Part shown: positions 1-9,049 of the stretch, piece after piece | Layout: each line of letters starts with the position of its first letter | Position numbering within the stretch: the stretch's first letter is position 1 | From: Candidatus Tenebribacter burtonii | GTDB lineage: Bacteria > Cloacimonadota > Cloacimonadia > Cloacimonadales > TCS61 | Assembly (NCBI GenBank): GCA_030765625.1 | Contig: JAVCCF010000023.1 | Coordinates: 526 to 64,525 of the forward strand | DNA length: 64,000 bases | Direction of reading: 5' to 3' | Position numbers and translations under genes: made by a program | Notes under the pieces: model-generated | What the model saw: the letters and a program-made list of their open reading frames with translations, nothing else | Databases searched by the model: none | Told to the model about the DNA's origin: nothing

Positions 1-2120
1 TAAATTCAGCTGAAAATTGGATTCATTGTTCGATTGAAAATTTACCAACCTGGGAAGATTCTCTTGATAATGTGCCAATCACACCTTGCTGGTGGTATGG
101 TGATCATTATCCTATTCAATCAATTGCAATTGATCCCATAAACGCTGAACATCTCTGGATTGGAACAGGCGGGAGAGGACTATTTGAGAGCAATAATGGT
201 GGAATAAGTTGGCAGCAAACCGATGAAACCTTACACGATTCTCTCGATGTCGATTATATTCATATAAACGAGGATAATCCTGATGAGCTTTTTATTGGTG
301 CTGGAAACCATAATTATGGGTATTTGCCATTGGAAAATGGTGGATTGTATCATGCTATCGATGGTGGAAATAACTGGGAATTAATTGAAAGTGTACCTAA
401 TGGAGACACTTATCATATAACTTTCATTACTAATGAACCAGGTAATGAAGAACATCTATATGTTGGGATTGGCAGTGCTGGTGAGCCATATTTTTCGTGG
501 GGAATTATGGAAAGTACAGATGGTGGTAATGAATGGCAAATATTATCCGACGAATATACATTTTATGACCTATCAATAAATCCTGAAAATAATCTAAATA
601 TGTGGTGCATAATAGTTACAGGATACATGGATATTCTTTTAGCTTCTTCAATTGACGGAGGTTATACTTGGATACCTAATTATGAATTATGGCAAACTAG
701 TTTGTATGCTGACATAGAATATAATTTATATGTAGCAGAAGGATTTGAGAATACAATAGCAGGGAATGTAAAGAAAAGTAGTAATAATGGTAATACTTGG
801 ATATATATAGATTCATTATGCGCCGGAAGAGGAGTTAGTCTGCATAATCGTTGTGAAGCCAATAGAGAAAGTATAAATAATATTTATTTTGGAACATCTT
901 GTGGCATATATAAATCTAACGATGGTGGACTTAACTGCAGGTTAAAAAACTCAAACATATTTAATTCTTATATAAAGGAAATAGAATCACATCCGGGAAA
1001 TCCCAATATTGTTTATGCCGGTGGATACCAGGGTTTATGGAAAAGTACAGATGGATGTATTTCCTGGCAGCAGGAAAATGAAGAATCTATAAGTTCTGTT
1101 AAATATGATCCGCAACATCCGGATACCCTGTATTATGGCGGCCAAAACTTAATGCGCAGTTTTGATGGTGGCAATACATTTGAAGATATCCGTCATAATG
1201 TTATAGGAATCATTCTTGATATAGCAATTAATTTACATAATACTAATATTATTTATGTGACTTCTACTGATGCCTGGGGATATTATGTTTTTAAAACAGA
1301 AAATCAAGGCGAATCTTGGAATTTAATACTTGGGACCGATGGTCCAAATTATCCGATGATTACAATTGATCCAAACTATCCCGGCACCCTATATTATGCT
1401 AATTATCGCAGTGTCGATGGTGGAGATACATGGGAACATTTAATTTTTTCTGATGAAATTATTGGTATTCATCCTCAAAACTCAAATACAATTTATTATT
1501 CAAATAGAAACACATTAAAAGTCTCTTATGATTGGGGTGAAACCTTCCAGGTTTTGGATACATATACAAATTGGGCTGTTCCTGTTCCGGCAATAGTTAA
1601 TTTAATCTTTGATAAAGATAATCCTGATAATATGTTTTATTGTACTCCAAACGATGGCATTCATTATAGTACTGATGCAGGGGTAAACTGGTTTGTATTA
1701 GAAGGAAATTATGAAAAACGCACCTTGGATTTTATTCCTGTTTTAGAGGAGAATAAAGTTTATGTTGCTACCCATGGGGATGGTGTTTGGTTTGGTGAAA
1801 ATATTACATTAAATACTGGAAATGTTATTTTACCGGAAATTAGACAATTATCTTTGCAGAATTACCCAAATCCTTTTAATCCTCAAACAACAATTAAGTT
1901 TTCAATTATTGAATCAGGATTTGTTGAATTAAATATTTATGATATCAAAGGAAGGTTAGTAAAAAAATTAACCAACCAAAAAATGAAAGGAGGTGAACAC
2001 TATGTTACTTGGAATGGAAACAATGAATCAAGTGAATCCGTTAGTTCAGGTGTTTATTTCTATAAATTGAACGTAAATGGTAAAACAGAAACAACAAAGA
2101 AAATGCTGTTACTTAAATAG
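1..2120 (+). CDS. BNR/Asp-box repeat (beta-propeller type) secreted protein with T9SS C-terminal sorting domain; 5' end probably outside the window
   Basis: The frame is open from nt 3 with no stop upstream of the GTG at 72. About 11 Asp-box motifs are present (SNNGGISW, AIDGGNNW, STDGGNEW, SIDGGYTW, SVDGGDTW, STDAGVNW ...). The C-terminus reads NYPNPFNPQTTIKF...SGVYFYKL...KKMLLLK. Confidence 0.8.
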   Translation, partial: NSAENWIHCSIENLPTWEDSLDNVPITPCWWYGDHYPIQSIAIDPINAEHLWIGTGGRGLFESNNGGISWQQTDETLHDSLDVDYIHINEDNPDELFIGAGNHNYGYLPLENGGLYHAIDGGNNWELIESVPNGDTYHITFITNEPGNEEHLYVGIGSAGEPYFSWGIMESTDGGNEWQILSDEYTFYDLSINPENNLNMWCIIVTGYMDILLASSIDGGYTWIPNYELWQTSLYADIEYNLYVAEGFENTIAGNVKKSSNNGNTWIYIDSLCAGRGVSLHNRCEANRESINNIYFGTSCGIYKSNDGGLNCRLKNSNIFNSYIKEIESHPGNPNIVYAGGYQGLWKSTDGCISWQQENEESISSVKYDPQHPDTLYYGGQNLMRSFDGGNTFEDIRHNVIGIILDIAINLHNTNIIYVTSTDAWGYYVFKTENQGESWNLILGTDGPNYPMITIDPNYPGTLYYANYRSVDGGDTWEHLIFSDEIIGIHPQNSNTIYYSNRNTLKVSYDWGETFQVLDTYTNWAVPVPAIVNLIFDKDNPDNMFYCTPNDGIHYSTDAGVNWFVLEGNYEKRTLDFIPVLEENKVYVATHGDGVWFGENITLNTGNVILPEIRQLSLQNYPNPFNPQTTIKFSIIESGFVELNIYDIKGRLVKKLTNQKMKGGEHYVTWNGNNESSESVSSGVYFYKLNVNGKTETTKKMLLLK

Positions 2121-2128
2121 TAGAATAT

Positions 2129-2166
2129 ACCCAGCTTGATTAATCATCAGGCTGGGTGTTATTTTA
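2129..2166 (+). terminator. Rho-independent terminator-like hairpin between convergent genes
   Basis: The stem acccagc (2129-2135) pairs with gctgggt (2151-2157) and is followed by a T-rich tract, gttattttattta. Confidence 0.5.
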
Positions 2167-2217
2167 TTTATATCGTCTTAATTTTAATCTTTTACAATTT
2201 CCTACTTAATAAAAGAT

Positions 2218-2655
2218 TTAAGGTAAAACAACAAAATCTTTACCACACAATTTCCAGTCTCCAAATTCATAATAAAAATAAGAAATGTCTCCATTTTCAT
2301 TTGATGGCTCATCAGTAATTGTTTCATCCAGATGCATTAAAAAATAAGCTCGTGCAGAATTACCATTTAATGTGATTTCAATATCTTCAAAAACCAATTC
2401 ATCATAATCATTTAACCTGATCTCCCATCTGATCCTCTCAAAATCATAGTCGTCTCCATTATGAGAGAATAACGGATGGTAATATTGCATAATTCCGTCC
2501 AGATCATCAAAATTGAAGTTAGATTGAATCGAATCTAGGATATCAATGATCTCATTTTTATCCAGTTCTTCCGGTGATGTTGTATCACATGAAATTAAGA
2601 TAATAAGCATAACTGATAATAATAGTAATAGATATTTCATAGTTTTAATTAACAT
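2218..2655 (-). CDS. small lipoprotein, unknown function
   Basis: Signal peptide with a lipobox-like LISC. It overlaps the upstream gene by 11 nt, indicating an operon. No recognisable family. Confidence 0.6.
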   Translation of the reverse strand: MLIKTMKYLLLLLSVMLIILISCDTTSPEELDKNEIIDILDSIQSNFNFDDLDGIMQYYHPLFSHNGDDYDFERIRWEIRLNDYDELVFEDIEITLNGNSARAYFLMHLDETITDEPSNENGDISYFYYEFGDWKLCGKDFVVLP

Positions 2656-4168
2656 TTAGGTTTATCTTATTAACCCAAAGTGCTTTCTTATCAAGGTTTT
2701 CTTTGAAGTTCTGTATCATAAATTCACGGTCGATCTCAACTATTTTATTGAATACTTTTTTTCCATTTAGTGTAATCACAACAGGGATATTAAGATTTAA
2801 CATTTCAGGATGGATATATACTGCTACCTGAGAAATTCTTGAAGTTTCTATATTGAAATGATTACCGTAATAAACGGCTTTAACTGCCCCCGAACGTTTT
2901 GTATAATTCAAAGCATCATAGTGGGTAACTTGGGGGAATTGACCTGATAACTCTATTTCTTTATCTGCTCGTAAAATTGTTAATGAAAATTTATCACCTC
3001 GTTTTTTCTCACTTCGTAATTCAAGCAATTTTCCAATATTTTCAGTTTTAATACTATCCATCTTAATGATAATATCATTTTCTTTTAAACCCATTGAATC
3101 AGCTGCAGATTCTGTAACAATCTTAGATATTTTAGTTCCATAATCTTTGTATTCACGATCGTTATAAAATCCAAATGAAACTCTTTCGTCGGCAATTTCC
3201 ACATTATATTCTTTCTGCCATTCTTTTGGAGTAAGCATGGTATCAATTGCGGTTATCTGAAGCCAGTCACACTTTCCATATTCCAACATAGATGTTTCCC
3301 AGTATATTTCAGGTCTGAAAATATTTCTGATTTTAGTTTTCATATTTTCAAATAATATCGGAAGCTCTTCGTTAGCATATTCAAATGTATGACCGAACCC
3401 CCAATATTCTTTATAAAATAAATTAGCTTTTGCTTCCAATGAAAGTTTAATAAAATTACGCATATTTTTGGCGGGATAAAGTCCATCTTTGTCAGTATTA
3501 ACAGAATAAACAAAACGATTTTGAAAATTTGGAAGATAGACAGGAATTTGTGTGACAGCACTTCCTACTGAAATCATTCCATTCAGAGGATAAAATGCTA
3601 CAAAATCATTCGGTGCATTTAAGGCAAGATGATATGAACCGGAACCGCCATCAGAAAAACCAGAAATGTAAATTCTATTATCATTGATATTGTATTGTGA
3701 TTTTAACTTTCTTATTTGAGATCTGAGATTATTTATTCCGACTAAATTCCACCAGGCAGTCTCCTTGTTTGCCATAGGATAGACAATTATCCAATTATTC
3801 ATTTTGGCAAATTCTGTGAAATAATTCTGCTTTGCATATTCTACAGGTGTTTCATGAAAATCTTTTGTGCTTACACCACCATGAAGATAAATGATGAGAG
3901 GAGTTTTATTACTACAATCATAATCCTTTGGAATATAAACCACGTAAGGTGCGTTTAATGAATCATTGATTTGATTGTATTTCAATAAAAAAACATCAGT
4001 ACTTTCCGGTTGTGAATAATTCTGCCAATTGGATAGGACTGTAAAAAGCGAATCATTTGATAATTTCTGATCATTTGCTAAATTATTGATGGTTGTAGTG
4101 TTAAGTTCTTCAGCAAAAAGCAGATTAATTGTTAATAATAAAAAAATTAGAAATATATATTTTCTCAT
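2645..4168 (-). CDS. secreted alpha/beta-hydrolase (esterase/peptidase S9-like) with C-terminal PDZ-like domain
   Basis: N-terminal signal peptide. LIIYLHGG and the nucleophile elbow GFSDGGSG are present. A PDZ-like segment reads GLKENDIIIKMDSIKTENIGKLLEL. Confidence 0.65.
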   Translation of the reverse strand: MRKYIFLIFLLLTINLLFAEELNTTTINNLANDQKLSNDSLFTVLSNWQNYSQPESTDVFLLKYNQINDSLNAPYVVYIPKDYDCSNKTPLIIYLHGGVSTKDFHETPVEYAKQNYFTEFAKMNNWIIVYPMANKETAWWNLVGINNLRSQIRKLKSQYNINDNRIYISGFSDGGSGSYHLALNAPNDFVAFYPLNGMISVGSAVTQIPVYLPNFQNRFVYSVNTDKDGLYPAKNMRNFIKLSLEAKANLFYKEYWGFGHTFEYANEELPILFENMKTKIRNIFRPEIYWETSMLEYGKCDWLQITAIDTMLTPKEWQKEYNVEIADERVSFGFYNDREYKDYGTKISKIVTESAADSMGLKENDIIIKMDSIKTENIGKLLELRSEKKRGDKFSLTILRADKEIELSGQFPQVTHYDALNYTKRSGAVKAVYYGNHFNIETSRISQVAVYIHPEMLNLNIPVVITLNGKKVFNKIVEIDREFMIQNFKENLDKKALWVNKINLNVN

Positions 4169-4177
4169 TAAGAATTC

Positions 4178-4579
4178 CTATTTATAAATATATACTTTAA
4201 AATCGCCAATATCATCTGGATTGTTAAGCGGCATATTGAATTTCTGTAAAACCTTAATATATCTCTTCCTGGTTTTTGGCGGAATAGTAAGACGTGTAAG
4301 CTTATTCGCAAGCAATTCACCCGAAGTGGTGTATATCTCTATCATAAAGGATTTCTCAAGTTCTACACTGGCACGACTGGCAATTGTAAAAGATATATCT
4401 AAACTTACATGAGTTATGTTTGAAAGCTGAATATCAGATATTTGCAGGTTATCACCTTGAGTTTTCTTCCAACAAGTATGCAATAATAAACCAATGATAA
4501 CAGCTATCATTAATATAAGTTTTGTTGCTGGTGGAATGGCTCTTTTCTTATTTATGTCAATTCTATCAACTGATTTCAT
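4178..4579 (-). CDS. single-pass membrane protein, unknown function
   Basis: One hydrophobic helix (LILMIAVIIGLLL). It lies in the same-strand run between gpmI and the hydrolase. Confidence 0.5.
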   Translation of the reverse strand: MKSVDRIDINKKRAIPPATKLILMIAVIIGLLLHTCWKKTQGDNLQISDIQLSNITHVSLDISFTIASRASVELEKSFMIEIYTTSGELLANKLTRLTIPPKTRKRYIKVLQKFNMPLNNPDDIGDFKVYIYK

Positions 4580-4598
4580 TGTTTATTATTCCTATAAA

Positions 4599-6122
4599 TT
4601 ATATAAGGCTTTTACCCGTCATTTCAACTGGTTTGGGAATTCCCATGATCTTCAAGATCGTAGGTGCAATATCGGCTAATTTCCCATCAGCTACTTTTGT
4701 ATTATTGTTTAACAAAGAAATTACAATTGGAACTTTATTCAGGCTGTGAGCTGTGAATTTGTTTCCATTTTGATCCAGCATTTTATCGGCGTTTCCATGA
4801 TCTGCTGTAAGCAGGATATTATAATTGTTTTCTTTAGCAACTGGGATGACTTCGCCAATACATTTATCAACTGCTTCTACAGCTTTTACTGCAGCATCAA
4901 AAATACCTGTATGTCCAACCATGTCGCAATTTGCAAAATTTGTTACTATTAGGGAATATTTATCTTCTTTCATTGCTGAGATAAGTTTGTTCTTAACTTC
5001 AAATGCATTCATCTCAGGTTGCAGATCGTAGGTGGCAACTCGGGGTGAATTAACCAAAATTCTATCTTCATTGTCAAATGGCTTTTCTACACCACCGTTA
5101 AAGAAAAAAGTTACGTGAGCATATTTCTCTGTTTCGGCTAATCTTAATTGTTTTAAACCATTTACCGAAACGACTTCACCTAATATTTTTGGTAATTTTG
5201 GCAGTTTATAAGCAACACTAACATATTCATTGAAATTTATATCATATTCATTGAAACACACGAATTTAAGTTTATCAAAATTTATTGTTTGGAATTCATC
5301 AAAACCAGGTATCTTGAAAGCACGAGTGATCTGTCTCATACGGTCTGCTCTAAAATTAAAGGTAATAACTGCATCGTAATTATTGATTATTGCAATTGGC
5401 TCTGAGTTTTCAGTAATAACCTTAGGAATTATAAATTCATCGGTTATATCATTTTCATAACTGTCTTGCATTGCCTTAATTGGATTTGAGAAAAATTCAC
5501 CTTCTCCATGAGCAATTGCTTTATAAGCTTTTTCGATTCTATCCCAGCGGTTGTCACGATCCATTGCGTAATATCTTCCTGAAATGGTTGCGATCTTTCC
5601 AATACCAATTTCTTCTGCTTTCTTTTGGAATTCTTTAATAAAGCCAATTCCCGAATTTGGTAAAGTATCACGTCCATCCATAAATGCATGAAAATAAACC
5701 TGTTTAAGACCTTCTTTTTTAGCAAATTTTAATAATGCCCAAATGTGATTAATATTGCTGTGAACATTACCATTAGACAAGAGACCTAGTAGATGAAGTT
5801 TGCTATTATTGGTTTTAGTATATGTTATTGCATCCAAAAGTTCTTTATTACTGAAAAAAGATCTATCCTCGATCTTCTTCATGATAAGCGAATTCATCTG
5901 ATATACAATACGACCGGCTCCAATATTGAGATGTCCTACCTCCGAATTGCCCATGTCACCATCTAATAATCCCACATCAAGTCCACTTGCCGTAAGTTTT
6001 CCTTCCGGATTCTGCGAGCGGAATTTATCAAGGTTTGATGTATTCGCAGCAGCAATAGCATTACCATATTCCTGCTCATTGATACCGTATCCATCAAGTA
6101 TTAATAAAAGTGCTTTATTCAT
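4599..6122 (-). CDS. gpmI: 2,3-bisphosphoglycerate-independent phosphoglycerate mutase
   Basis: Full-length match to the iPGM pattern (LLILDGYG, GNSEVGHLNIGAGR, ADHGNAD). I chose the second ATG (6122) because GGAG sits 7 nt upstream of it. The ORF-track start is 6137. Confidence 0.9.
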   Translation of the reverse strand: MNKALLLILDGYGINEQEYGNAIAAANTSNLDKFRSQNPEGKLTASGLDVGLLDGDMGNSEVGHLNIGAGRIVYQMNSLIMKKIEDRSFFSNKELLDAITYTKTNNSKLHLLGLLSNGNVHSNINHIWALLKFAKKEGLKQVYFHAFMDGRDTLPNSGIGFIKEFQKKAEEIGIGKIATISGRYYAMDRDNRWDRIEKAYKAIAHGEGEFFSNPIKAMQDSYENDITDEFIIPKVITENSEPIAIINNYDAVITFNFRADRMRQITRAFKIPGFDEFQTINFDKLKFVCFNEYDINFNEYVSVAYKLPKLPKILGEVVSVNGLKQLRLAETEKYAHVTFFFNGGVEKPFDNEDRILVNSPRVATYDLQPEMNAFEVKNKLISAMKEDKYSLIVTNFANCDMVGHTGIFDAAVKAVEAVDKCIGEVIPVAKENNYNILLTADHGNADKMLDQNGNKFTAHSLNKVPIVISLLNNNTKVADGKLADIAPTILKIMGIPKPVEMTGKSLI

Positions 6123-6275
6123 TTTATCTCCAGACATTTATAAATTTTAAACAATCATTTTAGTAAAGAATGCAGTGTCAAGAAAGAGTTATTGCGCATG
6201 AAAAATAATGTATATTCATTTCAATTTAAGTAAATGAATTGAACACATCTACTTTTATGGTTGATATTTCTTTGC

Positions 6276-6304
6276 TTGACACGAGGTAAATCCTAAAAAA
6301 TTTG
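6276..6304 (+). promoter_or_regulatory. promoter-like element, TTGACA-N17-AATTTG
   Basis: TTGACA at 6276-6281, a 17-nt spacer, then AATTTG at 6299-6304, 36 nt upstream of the 6340 ATG. The same architecture occurs at 56983-57011. The -10 is non-canonical, so confidence is low. Confidence 0.25.
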
Positions 6305-6339
6305 AATTTAACTTTATTCGTTATTTCTAAGGAGTTTAG

Positions 6340-7320
6340 ATGTTAAAGGTTGGAATTGTTGGAGTTGGTCAATTTGGACAGAATCATGCCAGGATTCTAA
6401 ATAAGAGCACAAAATGTAATTTCAAAGGTCTTTATGATAAAGACAAAAAACGTGCTGAGGAAATTTCTTCTAAGTTGAATGTAAAATCTTTTAAAGATTT
6501 TGATTCTTTATTATACGAAATAGATGTTCTGTTCATTGTTGTTACAACAATATCTCACTTTGAATTAGCTGAGAGAGCACTTAAGAAAGGAATTCATGTA
6601 TTCATTGAGAAACCAATTACCGAGACTTTACAACAAGCTGAAGATCTCATTAAATTAGCTGAAGAAAAGAACCTGAAAATACAAGTTGGTCATATTGAAA
6701 GATTCAATCCTGTTATCATAGAGGTTGAGGATAAAATAAAAAATCCGATCTTTATGGAATGTCACCGCATTGCTCCGTTCACGCCACGCGGAACTGATAT
6801 CCCTGTTGTTTTGGAACTCATGATCCACGATATTGACTTGATTCTCTCGTTTATGGAAAGCAAAGTAAAACACATTAGTGCCAGCGGTGCAGGTGTGATG
6901 ACTAAAAGTATAGATATCGCAAATGCCAGAATGGAGTTTGAAGATGGTGCAGTTGCTAATATTACAGCCAGCCGAATTTCCATGAAACGTTCCCGGCAGT
7001 TAAGGATATTCCAAAAAGATGGATATTTTTCAATCGATTTTCAAAATAAAAGTGTTAAGCATATTAAAAAATCTCAAAACTTATATAAAGTTTTACCTAA
7101 AATAATGATGGGTAAATATGAGAATATTGATACAAAAGATGTCGTTGACATAGTGGAGGTGAAGGCTTCCGATCGCGGGAAAGATGCTCTAACAATTGAA
7201 CTTGAGTCTTTCATATATGCGATTGAAGCAGATTTAAATCCGGTTGTTGATGGAAGAGCCGGTACCCGAGCTTTAAAAGTTGCCTTAAAGATTGTAGATG
7301 AAATTAATAAAAAAAGATAA
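6340..7320 (+). CDS. Gfo/Idh/MocA family NAD(P)-dependent oxidoreductase
   Basis: N-terminal Rossmann motif VGIVGVGQFG and the EKP motif (FIEKPIT). AAGGAG RBS. Confidence 0.8.
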   Translation: MLKVGIVGVGQFGQNHARILNKSTKCNFKGLYDKDKKRAEEISSKLNVKSFKDFDSLLYEIDVLFIVVTTISHFELAERALKKGIHVFIEKPITETLQQAEDLIKLAEEKNLKIQVGHIERFNPVIIEVEDKIKNPIFMECHRIAPFTPRGTDIPVVLELMIHDIDLILSFMESKVKHISASGAGVMTKSIDIANARMEFEDGAVANITASRISMKRSRQLRIFQKDGYFSIDFQNKSVKHIKKSQNLYKVLPKIMMGKYENIDTKDVVDIVEVKASDRGKDALTIELESFIYAIEADLNPVVDGRAGTRALKVALKIVDEINKKR

Positions 7321-7335
7321 TTTTGGGAGAAATAG

Positions 7336-8634
7336 ATGAAATTAATAACCTTAAAAGATATAAAAGAACATATTGGTGAGGAAGTGAAACTACGCGGTTG
7401 GGTTAGAAACTACCGTAAAAGCAGCAGTAAATTACGCTTTATTATTTTCCGTGATGCTTTTTCAGATATTCAAGCTGTGGCATTTAAACCGGAAATGGGT
7501 GAAGAAAATTTTGAAAAAGTGAAACAGATCACTCTGGAATCATCAGTTGAGATAATTGGTGTTCCGCAAGAGCATCCAAAACGCAAAGGAGTTTATGAAT
7601 TCCAATTAAAGGATTTAAATATAATTGGTATATCTGAAAATTATCCAATAGGGAAGAAGGAACATGGTGCTGATTTTCTGCTTTCTCACAGGCATTTATG
7701 GCTTAGATCAAAAAAGCAGAATGCAGCTTTAAAGATTCGGCATACTATTTATTACGCAATTTGCGAGTATTTGAACAAGAACGATTTCTACAGGTTCGAT
7801 TCACCGATACTCACACCAAACGCAAGTGAAGGAACAACAACACTTTTTGAAGTTCCCTATTTCGATCTGGGTTCAGCTTTCCTCTCTCAATCCGGACAGC
7901 TTTATCTCGAAGCAGGAATTATGAGTCTTGGTAAAGTATATGATTTTGGTCCTGTATTTAGAGCCGAAAAATCTAAAACACGTAAACACCTAACGGAATT
8001 CTGGATGATGGATGCCGAAGCTGCTTTTGTTGAGCATGATGAAAATATGGATATTCAAGAAGAACTCATTCGTTATGTGATCCGAACAATAATTGAGAGA
8101 AACTCAAAAGAACTTGAAATACTTGAACGTGATGTAGAGAAACTCAAAAAAGCTGATGCTCCATTTAAGAAAATGACTCATAGAGAAGTTATTGATATGC
8201 TTAAAAATAAAGGTGTAGAGATCGACTATCTAGATGACTTTGGAGCTCCTGAAGAAGAAATGATCACGGCTGGAAGTGATGTGCCTGTCTTTGTAGAGAG
8301 ATGGCCAAAAGAGATCAAATCATTCTATATGAAACGAGATAAAGATAATCCAGATCTGGTTTTGGGAGCTGACCTTATAGCCCCGGAAGGCTTTGGAGAG
8401 ATCATTGGCGGGTCACAGCGTGAGGATGATCACGATATCCTTTTAAGTAGGATCAAGAAAGAAGGATATGATGTTAAAGATTACCAGTGGTTCCTCGATC
8501 TAAGAAAATACGGTTCCGTTCCACATAGTGGTTTTGGTATCGGACTGGAAAGATTGATACAATGGATGAGTGGTATCCGTTATATCCGTGAAGTTATTCC
8601 CTTCCCAAGAATGATAAACAGAATTAATCCGTAA
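7336..8634 (+). CDS. asnS: asparagine--tRNA ligase
   Basis: N-terminal OB anticodon-binding domain plus class IIb core motifs (FRAEKSKTRKHLTEFWMMDAEAAF, GFGIGLERL). The ~430-aa length fits AsnRS. Confidence 0.9.
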   Translation: MKLITLKDIKEHIGEEVKLRGWVRNYRKSSSKLRFIIFRDAFSDIQAVAFKPEMGEENFEKVKQITLESSVEIIGVPQEHPKRKGVYEFQLKDLNIIGISENYPIGKKEHGADFLLSHRHLWLRSKKQNAALKIRHTIYYAICEYLNKNDFYRFDSPILTPNASEGTTTLFEVPYFDLGSAFLSQSGQLYLEAGIMSLGKVYDFGPVFRAEKSKTRKHLTEFWMMDAEAAFVEHDENMDIQEELIRYVIRTIIERNSKELEILERDVEKLKKADAPFKKMTHREVIDMLKNKGVEIDYLDDFGAPEEEMITAGSDVPVFVERWPKEIKSFYMKRDKDNPDLVLGADLIAPEGFGEIIGGSQREDDHDILLSRIKKEGYDVKDYQWFLDLRKYGSVPHSGFGIGLERLIQWMSGIRYIREVIPFPRMINRINP

Positions 8635-8655
8635 TAGTTATAAATTATATAATAT

Positions 8656-8690
8656 AACCTCCCATAAATTGGGAGGTTTTTTATTTTTGT
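8656..8690 (+). terminator. Rho-independent terminator of asnS
   Basis: The stem aacctccc (8656-8663) pairs with gggaggtt (8671-8678) around a 7-nt loop and is followed by a T-run. Confidence 0.7.
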
Positions 8691-8905
8691 TGAATTTAAG
8701 TGACTAATTGCCTAATCAATTCCGCAGAAAAATGTATTTAACACCATCCATCAACTATTTGAAAATAAAAAAGTTATACTAAACAGATACTGTTAATACA
8801 GGATTTGATTCACAAATTAATGCAAGTTTTAATGAATATACTTAAGTTGGAATAACAATTGCAATTTTATATTTTGTATTGAAAATAGGATAAAACACAA
8901 AATTC

Positions 8906-8934
8906 TTGACTTAATTAGTTTGCATTGAATAAAT
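8906..8934 (+). promoter_or_regulatory. sigma-70-like promoter candidate, TTGACT-N17-ATAAAT
   Basis: TTGACT at 8906-8911, a 17-nt spacer and ATAAAT at 8929-8934, within the 415-nt gap upstream of 9050. An 8-bp inverted repeat, cattgaat (8923-8930) / attcaatg (8946-8953), overlaps the -10. Confidence 0.3.
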
Positions 8935-9049
8935 TCAGCTTGAAAATTCAATGATTATTCTTGAAGATTTAAATCTAACATTGATTCTATTTTTTTTCTT
9001 TTTATAGTACGCAATAATTGAATTAATTCATTTTATTTGGGAGGAGAAA

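Noticed and set aside
1-45. Similarity between the first ~20 nt of the window (taaattcagctgaaaatt) and 8930-8948 (taaattcagcttgaaaatt)
   Set aside because: Only ~18 nt match with an indel, one copy is inside a coding region, and there is no extension of similarity. In AT-rich DNA this is most likely chance.
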